A DNA stretch of 64,000 nucleotides from Syntrophales bacterium. GTDB taxonomy: Bacteria > Desulfobacterota > Syntrophia > Syntrophales > UBA2210. This document shows, piece by piece, positions 38,821-49,720 of this stretch. Both the position numbers and the translations under genes were made by a program. The DNA lies in assembly GCA_963662405.2 (NCBI GenBank), contig CAXXKT010000002.1, positions 320,001 through 384,000 on the forward strand, written 5' to 3'. Below the pieces are notes generated by a model. The model had not been told where the DNA came from, ran no database searches, and saw only the letters and a program-made list of their open reading frames with translations. The first letter of the stretch is position 1, and the number at the start of each line of letters is the position of its first letter.

Positions 38821-40617
38821 ATGAAGAATACACGCAATTTCAGCATCATAGCCCATATCGATCACGGCAAGTCCACCCTGGCCGACCGGATGATCCAGCA
38901 CAGCGGCGTGATCGACGCCCGCAGCTTCAAGGATCAGATCCTCGACAACATGGACATCGAGCGCGAACGGGGGATCACCATCAAGAGCCAGGCCATTACC
39001 CTCCCCTACCGGAGTCGAGACGGGAAAGAATACTCCCTCAACCTGATCGACACCCCCGGGCACGTGGATTTTTCTTACGAGGTCTCGCGATCACTCGCGT
39101 CCTGCGAGGGTGTCCTCCTCCTGATCGACGCCGTCCAAGGGGTTCAGGCGCAGACCGTGGCAAACCTGTACATGGCGATGGAACACGACCTGGAGATCAT
39201 ACCCGTCATCAACAAGATCGACCTCCCCGCCGCTGATGTCGATCGGGTCATGGAACAGATCGACACGGAACTCGGCCTCGACCCCTACACGAGCCTCGCC
39301 TGTTCGGCAAAGGATGGAACGGGGGTGGAGGAGATCATGGAGGCAATCGTTGAGCGGATCCCGCCGCCGAAAGGCGACCCGGATGCCGCACTGGCCACCA
39401 CAATCTTCGACGCAAAATACGACCCCTTCCGGGGTACCATCATCCATTGCCGGATCATCGACGGCACCATACGGGGCGGCGATACCATTCGCCTCATGCA
39501 CGGCGAGACCATCCACCGGGTCGAGGAGGTGGGGCACTTCCTCCTCCCGCGCCAGAAGGCAGCCAACCTCTCGGCGGGGGATGTGGGATATATCATCGCC
39601 GGGATCAAGACCGTTTCGGACGTCCAGATCGGTGACACGATTACCTCCGAAAAGCGCCCCTGCGCGCAGCCTCTCCCCGGCTTCAAAGAATCGAAGCCGG
39701 TCGTCTTTGCCTCGATCTATCCCATCGCCTCCGACGACTACGAAGAGCTGGCGGTAGGACTCGAAAAATACAAGCTGAACGACGCCTCCTTCGTCTACCA
39801 GAAAGATTCCTCCGTCGCCCTCGGACAGGGGTTCCGATGCGGTTTCCTGGGGCTCCTGCATCTGGAGATCGTCCAGGAGCGGCTGGAGCGGGAGTACGAC
39901 CTGTCGATCATCCTCTCCGTCCCCAGCGTCCGGTACCGTTTCACGCTGACCGACGGGACGGTTCTGTATGTGGACAACCCGGCGCACTACCCCGATTCCG
40001 TCTCGATCGTCAGGAGTGAAGAGCCGTATATACGTGCCTCTATGATGTTCCCGGAGCGATACATGGGGGCCGTAATGAAGCTGTGCAAGGAAAAACGGGG
40101 CGAGAACTCAGTCCTCAGCTATCCTTCACCGGGGCGCATTGAGCTTTCGATCGAGATGCCTCTCGCCGAGGTGATCTACGACTTCTACGACCGCCTGAAG
40201 TCGGTCACTCAGGGATACGGCTCCTTCGATTACGATATTATCGACTACCGGGACAGCACCCTTTCCCTTCTCGATATCCTGGTCAACGGCGAACGGGTTG
40301 ATGCCCTCTCCCAGATCGTCTTCCGTGGCTCAGCCCGCGAGCGCGGCCTGCGGGCATGCGAACGCTTGAAAGAGGAGATCCCCCGGCAGATGTTCAAGAT
40401 CGCCATCCAGGGGGCCATCGGCGGTGAGATCGTATCGCGCACCACGATCTCCCCGTTCCGGAAGGACGTCACCGCGAAGTGCTACGGCGGCGACATTACA
40501 CGCAAGAGAAAACTACTGGAAAAACAGAAGAAGGGGAAGAGGCGGATGAAGATGGTCGGATCGGTGGCAATCCCTCAGAGCGCCTTCGTCGCCGTCCTGA
40601 AATCGGAAAATACGTAG
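38821..40617 (+). CDS. lepA: Translation elongation factor 4
   Basis: RNFSIIAHIDHGKSTLADR, GFRCGFLGLLH, KCYGGDITRKRKLLEKQK. Confidence 0.98.
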   Translation: MKNTRNFSIIAHIDHGKSTLADRMIQHSGVIDARSFKDQILDNMDIERERGITIKSQAITLPYRSRDGKEYSLNLIDTPGHVDFSYEVSRSLASCEGVLLLIDAVQGVQAQTVANLYMAMEHDLEIIPVINKIDLPAADVDRVMEQIDTELGLDPYTSLACSAKDGTGVEEIMEAIVERIPPPKGDPDAALATTIFDAKYDPFRGTIIHCRIIDGTIRGGDTIRLMHGETIHRVEEVGHFLLPRQKAANLSAGDVGYIIAGIKTVSDVQIGDTITSEKRPCAQPLPGFKESKPVVFASIYPIASDDYEELAVGLEKYKLNDASFVYQKDSSVALGQGFRCGFLGLLHLEIVQERLEREYDLSIILSVPSVRYRFTLTDGTVLYVDNPAHYPDSVSIVRSEEPYIRASMMFPERYMGAVMKLCKEKRGENSVLSYPSPGRIELSIEMPLAEVIYDFYDRLKSVTQGYGSFDYDIIDYRDSTLSLLDILVNGERVDALSQIVFRGSARERGLRACERLKEEIPRQMFKIAIQGAIGGEIVSRTTISPFRKDVTAKCYGGDITRKRKLLEKQKKGKRRMKMVGSVAIPQSAFVAVLKSENT

Positions 40618-40627
40618 GGAAACCGTG

Positions 40628-41761
40628 ATGAGTGAGAGGGAAATGAAACCCGGTCTCTACGTACACATCCCCTTCTGCCTCACCAAGTGCGGCTACTGCG
40701 ACTTCTACTCCGTCACGCAGACAGAAAAAATCCCCCTTTTTATCGCGGCCCTCATCCGTGAGATGGCACTATACCGCGGTTTCGAGGGCCCATTCGACAC
40801 GATCTACCTGGGAGGCGGAACCCCCTCTCTCCTCGGTGCCAAGCACATAGAAACAATCCTCAACGCCATTCATCGGATCTTGCCCGTTACCGACGACCCT
40901 GAGATCACCTGCGAGGCGAATCCCGGGGACCTGAACCCGGATATGGCCGCGGCGCTCCGTGCGGCAGGGATCAACCGGATCAATGTCGGGGTCCAGTCCT
41001 TCGACGACGGGGTGCTCACCTTCCTTGGTCGCCGGCACAATGTGGCCGAAGCCGAGGCCGCAATCGACAGCGTACGGCGGGGAGGATTTACAAACGTGGG
41101 TTTCGACCTGATTTACGGGGTCCCCGGGCAGAAGCTCACCCTGTGGCTTGAAACATTGCGATACGCCCTGTCCTTCGCCCCGGAGCACCTCTCCTGCTAC
41201 CAGTTAACCCTGGAGCCCTCGACCCCCCTGGGGCTCCAATACCGAAAGGGAACGCTTGTTCCCCTCGACGACGACCGTCTCTACGATTTTTTTATGGAGA
41301 CCTCCCAAACACTGGAGGGAGCCGGGTATCTCCATTACGAGGTCTCGAACTTCGCCCGGAGCGAGAAATGGATGTCACGACACAACCATAAATACTGGAA
41401 CCACACCCCCTATCTCGGCCTCGGTCCCGCAGCGCACTCCTTCTCCGGCATCCGACGATGGTGGAATCACCGCTCCTTGAACAGCTACATTGAGGCGGCA
41501 GACCGTGGCCTTCATCTCATAGCAGGTTCCGAAATCCTAACCGACGAGCAATTGCGCCTGGAGGCCCTCTCCCTGGGGCTGCGCACCCAAGAGGGAATCG
41601 ACTTGGCCGCCTTCTCAGAGCGGTACGGATACGATCTGCTGCACGAAAAGGATGACCTGCTCCGCTCGATGGAGCGGGAAGGGCTCGTCACCATTTCCGG
41701 CAATCATCTCCGTCCAACCCGCGCCGGTCTCGCCGTCTCCGACAGCCTGCCACTCCTGTAG
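40628..41761 (+). CDS. hemW: Radical SAM heme chaperone (HemN-like)
   Basis: YVHIPFCLTKCGYCDF, GGGTPS, YEVSNFA, HNHKYW. Confidence 0.9.
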   Translation: MSEREMKPGLYVHIPFCLTKCGYCDFYSVTQTEKIPLFIAALIREMALYRGFEGPFDTIYLGGGTPSLLGAKHIETILNAIHRILPVTDDPEITCEANPGDLNPDMAAALRAAGINRINVGVQSFDDGVLTFLGRRHNVAEAEAAIDSVRRGGFTNVGFDLIYGVPGQKLTLWLETLRYALSFAPEHLSCYQLTLEPSTPLGLQYRKGTLVPLDDDRLYDFFMETSQTLEGAGYLHYEVSNFARSEKWMSRHNHKYWNHTPYLGLGPAAHSFSGIRRWWNHRSLNSYIEAADRGLHLIAGSEILTDEQLRLEALSLGLRTQEGIDLAAFSERYGYDLLHEKDDLLRSMEREGLVTISGNHLRPTRAGLAVSDSLPLL

Positions 41762-41997
41762 CCTTCAAAAACAAACCATGGGGGTTGTGGGAACATGCAT
41801 TTTTCCTTTGACACCACGCGTATCTTGGATTATGGAGGGACTTGGTTTGGCTTCGCTTGCAGGGAAGCCTGCCTGTGGGGGGTGGAAGCCGTATAAAACA
41901 CGGCTTTCTTTTCTTCTTGATCAGCACACCCGATAGACAGTTCAGGCATCCGGTTGATCCCAACGTGAATGCCGGATGCCGTATTCAGGAGCAGAGG

Positions 41998-42249
41998 ATG
42001 AAAAAGGAATTCGACTGGTTCGACAAACCCAGTAATATCGGAAAGTTACGGATTTTCAGCTACATTCTTCTTGCCGTGAGCGTCCTGGCGGAATTTCTTG
42101 TCCCCGCGCACGGCCCCCAGCACCCGTGGGACAAGATCCCGGGGTTTTATGCCCTCTTTGGGTTCGTCATCTGCATGGCAATGATCATCGTCTCCAAGCT
42201 GCTCGGACAGTACTGGCTGAAAAAGAGTGAGGATTATTATGACCGGTAG
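41998..42249 (+). CDS. Small membrane protein associated with Mrp-type antiporter genes
   Basis: Two TM segments, PGFYALFGF..EDYY; overlaps the start of the next gene. Confidence 0.7.
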   Translation: MKKEFDWFDKPSNIGKLRIFSYILLAVSVLAEFLVPAHGPQHPWDKIPGFYALFGFVICMAMIIVSKLLGQYWLKKSEDYYDR

Positions 42250-43990
42250 CCTTCTGATTCCCGCATTCATATTCTTCATCGGCGCCCTGATCCTCCTCGC
42301 CGTCAGAGGAAAAGCGAAACAGCTCCTCATCCTCGCCATACCCGTAATCGGTTTTCTGTTCATCGCCCGGCTCAGTCCCGAGGCGACACTGACGCTTCCC
42401 TTCCTGCAGTATGAACTGAACCCGCTCCATGTGGACAAGCTCAGCAAGGTGTTCGGCTATATATTCTGCATCGCGGCCTTCGGGAGTTTCCTCTTCGCCC
42501 TCCACATCGAGGGAAAGCTGGAACATCTCTCAGCCCTCGTCTATGTCGGGAGCGCCCTGGGGGTGGTCTTCGCGGGTGACTTCTTCACCCTGTACATCTT
42601 CTGGGAGTTCATGGCCGTCGCGTCCGTGATGCTGATCTGGGCACGCAAGACCAAGCGGGCACTGGACGCCGGCTACCGGTACGTCCTCGTCCACATTGTA
42701 GGGGGGCTGATCCTCCTGGCAGGGATCCTGCTCCACGTCCACGAGACCGGTTCTCTGGAGGTCGGACGGATACAGACACAGAACATCTCGTCCTGGCTGA
42801 TCCTGATCGGCTTCATGCTGAACGCTGCGGTTCCTCCCCTCTCCGCGTGGCTCTCCGACGCCTACCCGGAAGGAACGGCCACCGGGAGTGTCTTCCTGAG
42901 CGCCTTTACCACCAAGACCGCCGTCTACACGATGATCCGCGTCTTCCCCGGGTGGGAGATCCTGATCTGGCTGGGGGCCATGATGACGATCTATGGGATT
43001 ATCTACGCCATCATGGAGAACGACAGCCGGAAGATCCTCGCCTACAGCATCATCAACCAGGTCGGCTTCATGGTCTGCGGGATCGGGATCGGGACGGCCA
43101 TGGCGATCAACGGCGCCGCGGCGCACGCCTTCGCCCACATTATCTATAAGGGGCTCCTCTGGATGTCGGCGGGATCGGTCCTCTACATGACGGGAAAGAC
43201 CAAGTGCACCGACCTGGGGGGACTGTACAAGACGATGCCCCTGACACTGATCTGCTGCTGCATAGCGGCCGCCTCGATCTCCGCCTTCCCGCTGACGAGC
43301 GGATTCACGACCAAGACGATGATCCTTCAGGCCGCCACCAGCCAGCACCTGACCATCATCTACTTCATGCTTGAGGCGGCCTCCGCTGGCGTCTTCCTGC
43401 ACGCGGGGATCAAATTCCCCTACTTCGTCTTCTTCGCCAAGGACAAGGGGCTCAGGGTATCGGATCCGAAATGGAACATGCAGTGGGCGATGGTCTTCTT
43501 CGCCTTCCTGTGCATCGCGATCGGCGTCTATCCCGAGCCGCTCTATAAGATCCTCCCCTACCCCGTGGAATACCACGCCTATACCGGGCTTCACGTGGTG
43601 CGGATGCTGCAGCTGCTCTTCTTCTCGGGGCTGGCCTTCTTCGTCTTCCTGAAGCTGCTGAAACGAACGGAGACGATCACCATCGACACGGACTGGATAT
43701 ACCGCAAGGGGTCACGGCTCGTGGTAAATGTCGTAACGGGGATAGCCGCCGGGATCGCCAGGCTGGGAGAATATCTCTTCATACAGCAACTCCCCCGCCT
43801 CCTTGCCGCCTTCGTCAAGCGGCCGATCGGGATCTTTATGGACGCCTACCGGAGACTCGGCGGGGCGAAGACCGGCGGAACCGCTGCGGAACCGGAGCTT
43901 GCCACGATTATCCCCGCGGGGGTCCCGGTCCTCTTCGCCGTCGGGTTTCTGTTCGTCCTCGCCTTTGTCTTTACGATGGTTTTCAAATAG
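42239..43990 (+). CDS. Na+/H+ antiporter subunit D-like (MrpD/NuoL family) membrane protein
   Basis: FWEFMA, WLSDAYPE, FTTKTAVY, LAYSIINQVG, HIIYKGLL. Confidence 0.88.
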   Translation: MTGSLLIPAFIFFIGALILLAVRGKAKQLLILAIPVIGFLFIARLSPEATLTLPFLQYELNPLHVDKLSKVFGYIFCIAAFGSFLFALHIEGKLEHLSALVYVGSALGVVFAGDFFTLYIFWEFMAVASVMLIWARKTKRALDAGYRYVLVHIVGGLILLAGILLHVHETGSLEVGRIQTQNISSWLILIGFMLNAAVPPLSAWLSDAYPEGTATGSVFLSAFTTKTAVYTMIRVFPGWEILIWLGAMMTIYGIIYAIMENDSRKILAYSIINQVGFMVCGIGIGTAMAINGAAAHAFAHIIYKGLLWMSAGSVLYMTGKTKCTDLGGLYKTMPLTLICCCIAAASISAFPLTSGFTTKTMILQAATSQHLTIIYFMLEAASAGVFLHAGIKFPYFVFFAKDKGLRVSDPKWNMQWAMVFFAFLCIAIGVYPEPLYKILPYPVEYHAYTGLHVVRMLQLLFFSGLAFFVFLKLLKRTETITIDTDWIYRKGSRLVVNVVTGIAAGIARLGEYLFIQQLPRLLAAFVKRPIGIFMDAYRRLGGAKTGGTAAEPELATIIPAGVPVLFAVGFLFVLAFVFTMVFK

Positions 43991-44335
43991 CTTTGCCATA
44001 TCATAATCCTCAGCACGGAAAAGCCTCAATGAGATAGCTCTCTCCGAGACTTTTCCGGCTCTATCGTCGGCCATGGTTGTCACTATCGATCTTTGGTAAT
44101 TGATCCTGTCGCGACACCTGTGGTAAAGAGCATCCGCGCAGCAAACGAGGGCATCTGCTTTTTGTATACCGTTACAACCGCTAATCGAGAGCCCCACGTT
44201 TCGGAGCCAGGACTTACCCACCCTTGCATGAGAAGTACGGTGTCTGGAAAAACTGAGACTATTATGGAACAGCACCAACCCCTGCCTGGCACCGTCCCCT
44301 TGGCACCCCATGGATCGTCAGGAGAAACAAATGAC

Positions 44336-46168
44336 ATGTATTACAAAGAGATAGCAAAACGATACCCACCGGAATATCTCGTCGCCTTTGAAACCTCAAT
44401 ACAAGAAGCAATGGCGATTCTGCAGGACAACCGGCTGGATGCCATCCTTGTCGAGGATCCCGAGGGGAACCTCTCGGGATTCGTGACTCAAGACGAACTG
44501 ATTCAGGCCTATCGCACGGGTCTACCGGTTCACGACCCGGTGGGCAGCATCATGAATCGTTTCTTCGAGCTTATCGACGAAAACGAGCAGGTGGAACATA
44601 CCGTCTTGTCAAGGGCACCTTTTGTTGTGACAAAGAACGATGACAACGGCATCACGGGGATTGTATCCGAGAAGATCCTCTCGAAACAGCTGCTGCGATT
44701 ATCCGTGGAGAAGATAAAGAAAGAGGTAACAACAAAGAAGTTGCTACATCAGGATGCGGAGACTGATGTCGAACCCGGAGACGATGTTCCCAACAATCTT
44801 TTAGATCTGTATAACAGAATTAACAAACTGTTGTATGTAAATAAAGAACTATGGGATATCATAGAATATTCTTCCGACAGTATCTATGTGACTGATGGAA
44901 AGGGGATTACCGTATATGCCAATGATTCCTTCGAACGGATGACGGGCGCTCCTGTCAGCGATGTCATAGGGGCAAGTGTTTTTGAGATAGAGGCGAAGGG
45001 GATATACCGGCCTTCCATAAGCGCCATCGTACTGCGCGAGAAGCGACAGGTCACTCTTGTACAGCGTGGCTACAATGGCAAAGATCTGATCGTGACAGGA
45101 ACGCCTGTCTTTGATGATGCTGGCAATATCTACATGGTCATATGCAATAGCAAGGATATCGATGAACTGAGTATACTGAAAAATTACCTTTCAGATATCA
45201 AATCATCCTCGGTGCGGGTGGAAGATGCACCGAATAAGAACTCAAAGATTATATACACCAGCGAGCATATGATGGGTCTGATGAAGATGGTCAACAGGGT
45301 CACTCACGTGGATTCGACGGTGCTCCTGACAGGCGAATCCGGTACCGGGAAAGGGATGATTGCTCGATACATTCATGGGAACAGTGCCCGCGCCAACAAG
45401 AAATTGATAGAGATCAACTGCAGCGCCATCCCGGAAAGCCTCTTTGAATCGGAACTTTTCGGGTATGAGTCGGGAGCTTTCACCGGAGCCAAAGAGGGAG
45501 GCAAACCCGGCCTGATAGAAATGGCCAATCAAGGTACCCTCTTCCTCGACGAAATAGGCGATATGCCGATGCACATGCAGGTCAAGCTGCTGAAGGTGCT
45601 GCAAGACAGACAGGTCACGAGGGTTGGGTCCGTGAATCCCACCAATATCGATATCAGAATTATAGGTGCTACCAACAGGGACCTGAAACAACTGGTGGGA
45701 AAGGAACTCTTCAGGGCCGACCTCTACTACAGGCTCAATGTATTCCCCCTCCATATTGCTCCCTTACGCGAGAGGAAAGAGGACATACACATATTACTCC
45801 AACATTATCTTACCTATTACAATCAAGTGCACAATGGCAACGTCACACTGACCTATCGGGCGCAAGAAATGCTGTCCGGCTACAGTTGGCCTGGTAATGC
45901 CCGGGAACTCAATCACTATGTCGAACGATTGGTTCTCATCAAAGACGGTGTCGTCGATATCGAGCATCTAGAGATGGATTATGATACGAGCAAAACAGAA
46001 GCTGCCATAATCGTGAATAAATTATTGCCACTCAGAAAGGCCCTTGATGAAACCGAACGACAGCTGATCCATATCGCCACCGGGATCACACAAAACAGCT
46101 ACGGCGTCGCCGATCTCTTGGGAATAAGTCAGGCAAGCGCCTACCGGAAAATACAAAAACACAAATGA
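44336..46168 (+). CDS. Sigma54-dependent transcriptional activator (CBS-PAS-AAA-HTH)
   Basis: GESGTGK, ESELFGYESGAFTGA, LFLDEIG, WPGN.REL; start uncertain. Confidence 0.92.
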   Translation: MYYKEIAKRYPPEYLVAFETSIQEAMAILQDNRLDAILVEDPEGNLSGFVTQDELIQAYRTGLPVHDPVGSIMNRFFELIDENEQVEHTVLSRAPFVVTKNDDNGITGIVSEKILSKQLLRLSVEKIKKEVTTKKLLHQDAETDVEPGDDVPNNLLDLYNRINKLLYVNKELWDIIEYSSDSIYVTDGKGITVYANDSFERMTGAPVSDVIGASVFEIEAKGIYRPSISAIVLREKRQVTLVQRGYNGKDLIVTGTPVFDDAGNIYMVICNSKDIDELSILKNYLSDIKSSSVRVEDAPNKNSKIIYTSEHMMGLMKMVNRVTHVDSTVLLTGESGTGKGMIARYIHGNSARANKKLIEINCSAIPESLFESELFGYESGAFTGAKEGGKPGLIEMANQGTLFLDEIGDMPMHMQVKLLKVLQDRQVTRVGSVNPTNIDIRIIGATNRDLKQLVGKELFRADLYYRLNVFPLHIAPLRERKEDIHILLQHYLTYYNQVHNGNVTLTYRAQEMLSGYSWPGNARELNHYVERLVLIKDGVVDIEHLEMDYDTSKTEAAIIVNKLLPLRKALDETERQLIHIATGITQNSYGVADLLGISQASAYRKIQKHK

Positions 46169-46320
46169 TTCATTTTATAATGAGATAATTCAAAAAAGAT
46201 TTAAATATTTTCTGCTAGTTGTAATATCGTAGATCCCTTTCCCATTCAAAATGTGTTTCTCAACAAGTTTTCCTTTTCACTTCCATCATAAAATTAATGT
46301 AAATTTAATGACTTATAATA

Positions 46321-46335
46321 TGGCACGATGATTGC
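46321..46335 (+). promoter_or_regulatory. Sigma54 -24/-12 promoter
   Basis: TGGCAC-GATGA-TTGC, directly downstream of a sigma54 activator gene. Confidence 0.88.
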
Positions 46336-46385
46336 GATTTCTCACTGCATCTCAGATTCATCACCAAGAGAGGAGGTTAAAGCAC

Positions 46386-48152
46386 GTGACAATTCTTACA
46401 CTCAGCACTATCATTCTCATTATTTTAGTAATCGCCTTCATTGGCATGGGGCTGTGGTTCAAGAGACTGGTATCCACATCCGAAGATTTTCTGCTAGCCG
46501 GCAGAAACGCTCCCTTCTGGCTCATGGCAGCGGCATACCTGGGCGGCTATGTCGGCGGCGCCAGTGTATCGGGGTACGTAGCATACGGATTTAAAGGCGG
46601 GATATCTCAGATGTGGACAGCCATGTTCGTCGTCGCAGGTATCACGGTCTTTATTATCTTGTTTGCGAGGAGACTGAATTACTTCGGGCGCAAGACCGGT
46701 GCAGTTACATTGGCAGACTTTGTCTGTACACGATACGGCGAGTCCATGCGGTTGCCGATGGCGATATTCTCCATCCCCCGGCCGGCATTCCTGACGGGCA
46801 TGCAGATACTGTCCATCGCCATCGTGCTCAACGTCAACTTCGGCTGGGATATAAAGTACGGTGTATGGCTTTCCGCCATCATCATCTTGCTGTATATGAT
46901 TACCGCCGGACAGTACTCGGCCCTTATCACCCAGTGGTTCCAGAGCGTGTTGCAGTCAATCGGTATCGTGCTCTTCGCTATAATGGTTTTCAAACTGTTT
47001 CAATCACCGAATGCTGCCGTCGACGCGATATTCAAGGTGATGCCACAAGGCTCCGTCAGCCTCTGGAATGTGAGCATACCGGTATGGTCCATGTGGTTCC
47101 TAACACTCGGCCTTTTTTATCTTGTCGATCCGTGGATCTACATGTGGGCCTACATCGGGACGACCCCCCGGACCGCATCAAATGCCCAGTTGGCAATTCT
47201 GGGCGGGTCGTACTATAATGTTCTTCCCTTCATCGCGGGTCTCGCACTTGCCGCGGTGGGCGCGCTGGGGATTATGGCGGTCCCCGCCGGATTGAGCAGG
47301 GATGGTCTCTATGCATGGTTCTGCCTCAATAATATGCCGGTCGTCATCGGAACAATCGTTGTCGTCGGTCTCCTGATGACCATTATCTCCTGCGGTTCGT
47401 CTTTCGCCATGAACGGGGTCACCATATTGACCCGGGATATCTATCAGAAACTGATCAATAAGAACGCAACCGAAAAGCAATCGCTGCTCGCCAGCAGGCT
47501 CTCACTCCTCATCATCATGCTGATCGCCATCGTCAGTGCCCTGTGGCTGCCCATCCTGGTGCCTCTGTGGATCCTGGCACAGGCCATCGGTATTTCCGGA
47601 CTTTTCGCGCCGACCATATCGGCATGGTTCTGGAAACGATCCACAACAACGGGCGCCCTCGCTGCGGCATGGGGTGGAGGTATCGTCGCGCTGGCGTGGG
47701 CACTGTGGGTGTGGAGCACAACGGGAAACCCCGGTTCGCTGGTCCACGGCCTGCACGCGGCGCATGTTGGGCTTGCGGTCTCCCTCGTTCTGATGATCGT
47801 CGTATCGCTGGCAACCAAACCGGAATACGAGAAGGCACAGGTAACCAACTTCAAGACGCTGGGAGACGAAATGGTGGCAAACATCCCTGAGATCGCGACC
47901 GAAAAAGGAACGGGCATATTCGGCTGGTTGGGCGCGAAGAGCGGTGGAATCAAAGTATGCTGGACGGTTGTGGGTGTATTGTTTATCCTCCACTTTATCC
48001 TATCATTTGTCTTCCACGTCAAAGGTGCGGCACTGCTCATGACATGGGTATCGCTTATAACCGGTGTCTGCATGATCTTCCTCCTCTTCTTCCTCGGGCT
48101 GAAAGATGTCATCACTATGGTGAAAAACAGCAAATCGGCGAGCAGGAATTAA
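46386..48152 (+). CDS. Sodium:solute symporter family transporter
   Basis: DFLLAGR, T.ADF...RYG, many TM segments; GAGGAGG RBS before GTG. Confidence 0.9.
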   Translation: MTILTLSTIILIILVIAFIGMGLWFKRLVSTSEDFLLAGRNAPFWLMAAAYLGGYVGGASVSGYVAYGFKGGISQMWTAMFVVAGITVFIILFARRLNYFGRKTGAVTLADFVCTRYGESMRLPMAIFSIPRPAFLTGMQILSIAIVLNVNFGWDIKYGVWLSAIIILLYMITAGQYSALITQWFQSVLQSIGIVLFAIMVFKLFQSPNAAVDAIFKVMPQGSVSLWNVSIPVWSMWFLTLGLFYLVDPWIYMWAYIGTTPRTASNAQLAILGGSYYNVLPFIAGLALAAVGALGIMAVPAGLSRDGLYAWFCLNNMPVVIGTIVVVGLLMTIISCGSSFAMNGVTILTRDIYQKLINKNATEKQSLLASRLSLLIIMLIAIVSALWLPILVPLWILAQAIGISGLFAPTISAWFWKRSTTTGALAAAWGGGIVALAWALWVWSTTGNPGSLVHGLHAAHVGLAVSLVLMIVVSLATKPEYEKAQVTNFKTLGDEMVANIPEIATEKGTGIFGWLGAKSGGIKVCWTVVGVLFILHFILSFVFHVKGAALLMTWVSLITGVCMIFLLFFLGLKDVITMVKNSKSASRN

Positions 48153-48167
48153 TAAGAGAGGCATCGT

Positions 48168-49577
48168 ATGGATAATCAAGACATCAAGGCATTCATCAGC
48201 GAGTGGATCAAAGATCATAAGCAAGAATTCTATGATATCGCTGATTTTATCTGGGAAAACCCTGAGTTGGGTCTCGAGGAATACAAGGCATCCGAAAAAT
48301 TAACGGCCGTCCTGGCAAAACACGGTTTTACCGTGGAGAGGGGGCTGGCCAGGATGCCCACATCCTTCATAGCGACATACGGAGAAAGGGGACCCGTCGC
48401 CGGTATCAATGTCGAATATGACTGCCTCCCGGGACTGTCACAACAGGCAGAATGCCCTCAGAAGGCGCCCATCATAGAGGGCGCACCGGGGCAGGGTTGT
48501 GGGCATAATCTTCTCGGAACAACGGCGGTGCTCGCGGGTGTTGCCCTGCGGTACGCCCTTGAAAGATATGAGATAGACGCCATCGTCAAGATGTTTGGAT
48601 CGCCAGCAGAAGAACAGTGTATTGGCAAGACATTCATGGGAAGGGCCGGTTTGTACAATGATGTGGACTTCTTTCTGGACTGGCACCCTTGGAACTACAA
48701 CCGAGCTGACTACGATAATTGCAACGCCTATTTTAATATCAAGTATCACTACACAGGGAAAACCGCACACGGCAATGCCCCCTGGAACGGGAGAAGCGCT
48801 CTGGACGCTGCTCTGCTGAGTGCTCATGCCATCGAGATGCTCCGAGAGCATATCGAGCCGACCTCGGCGGACGCCGCACAGACCATCAATTACAGTTTTC
48901 CAGACGTGGGACCCGGATTCCCGAGTGTTGTTCCCGACAAGACGACAATGTGGGTAATCGGTAGATTGGCAACAACGGAACAGATGATGAATATTATCTC
49001 GAGAATTGACAAATGTGCCGATGCCGGTGCACTCGCAACTGAAACAACGGTCGAGAGGGAATTGATTACGGCAACGCACGAAAAGATCCCGAATAAGACC
49101 CTTGCGGAAGTGGTTCACAGAAACTTCAAGGCAATCGGACCTCTGGTTTTCTCTCAGGAAGAGCAGAATCTTGCAAGGGAAATGCAGAAATCGGACGGTA
49201 TCGAACCGACAGGGCTGGACGAAACCTTGAAGGAGTTTGGTCCAAGCGGCACGGCTCTGTGCGATACCTCCGAATTCAGTTGGAATGCGCCCTATGCGAC
49301 CTTCTGGCTCACGCTGGCACCGGCGGGCGGCTGGCACAACTGGATGGTAACCGCCTGCGCCCGCAGCAGCATCAGTAGAAAGGTCATGGATCATGCGTCA
49401 CGAATCATCGCTTCATCCGCCATGGATATCATCACCACACCCGATATCATACAAACGGCGAAGGAAGAACTGAAGAAGAGGCTCCATGGCCGGACATATC
49501 ACTGTCTGGTTCCGCAGGAAATCAACCCTCCCTTGGGACTGAATGCGGAGATCATGAACAGATATTGCACAAAATAA
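48168..49577 (+). CDS. M20 amidohydrolase (AbgB-like)
   Basis: PELGLEE, EYDCLPGL, GCGHNLLG, PAEE, WHP. Confidence 0.88.
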   Translation: MDNQDIKAFISEWIKDHKQEFYDIADFIWENPELGLEEYKASEKLTAVLAKHGFTVERGLARMPTSFIATYGERGPVAGINVEYDCLPGLSQQAECPQKAPIIEGAPGQGCGHNLLGTTAVLAGVALRYALERYEIDAIVKMFGSPAEEQCIGKTFMGRAGLYNDVDFFLDWHPWNYNRADYDNCNAYFNIKYHYTGKTAHGNAPWNGRSALDAALLSAHAIEMLREHIEPTSADAAQTINYSFPDVGPGFPSVVPDKTTMWVIGRLATTEQMMNIISRIDKCADAGALATETTVERELITATHEKIPNKTLAEVVHRNFKAIGPLVFSQEEQNLAREMQKSDGIEPTGLDETLKEFGPSGTALCDTSEFSWNAPYATFWLTLAPAGGWHNWMVTACARSSISRKVMDHASRIIASSAMDIITTPDIIQTAKEELKKRLHGRTYHCLVPQEINPPLGLNAEIMNRYCTK

Positions 49578-49720
49578 AGACAAGAGCCCAAAGTCAGAGC
49601 TTCCCATGCCTGCAGGGATGGGAGGCTCTGCTCTTTTTCCGCTGATCAAACAAGAGCGAGAGGTCTTCGCACCAGTGTCTTAAAGACTATGCGGAACGAA
49701 CAGCGGTTACATCCCGACGG

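Noticed and set aside
38070..43594. Long minus-strand ORFs opposite adk, lepA and the antiporter
   Set aside because: Antisense shadows typical of GC-rich coding sequence; no motifs or RBS
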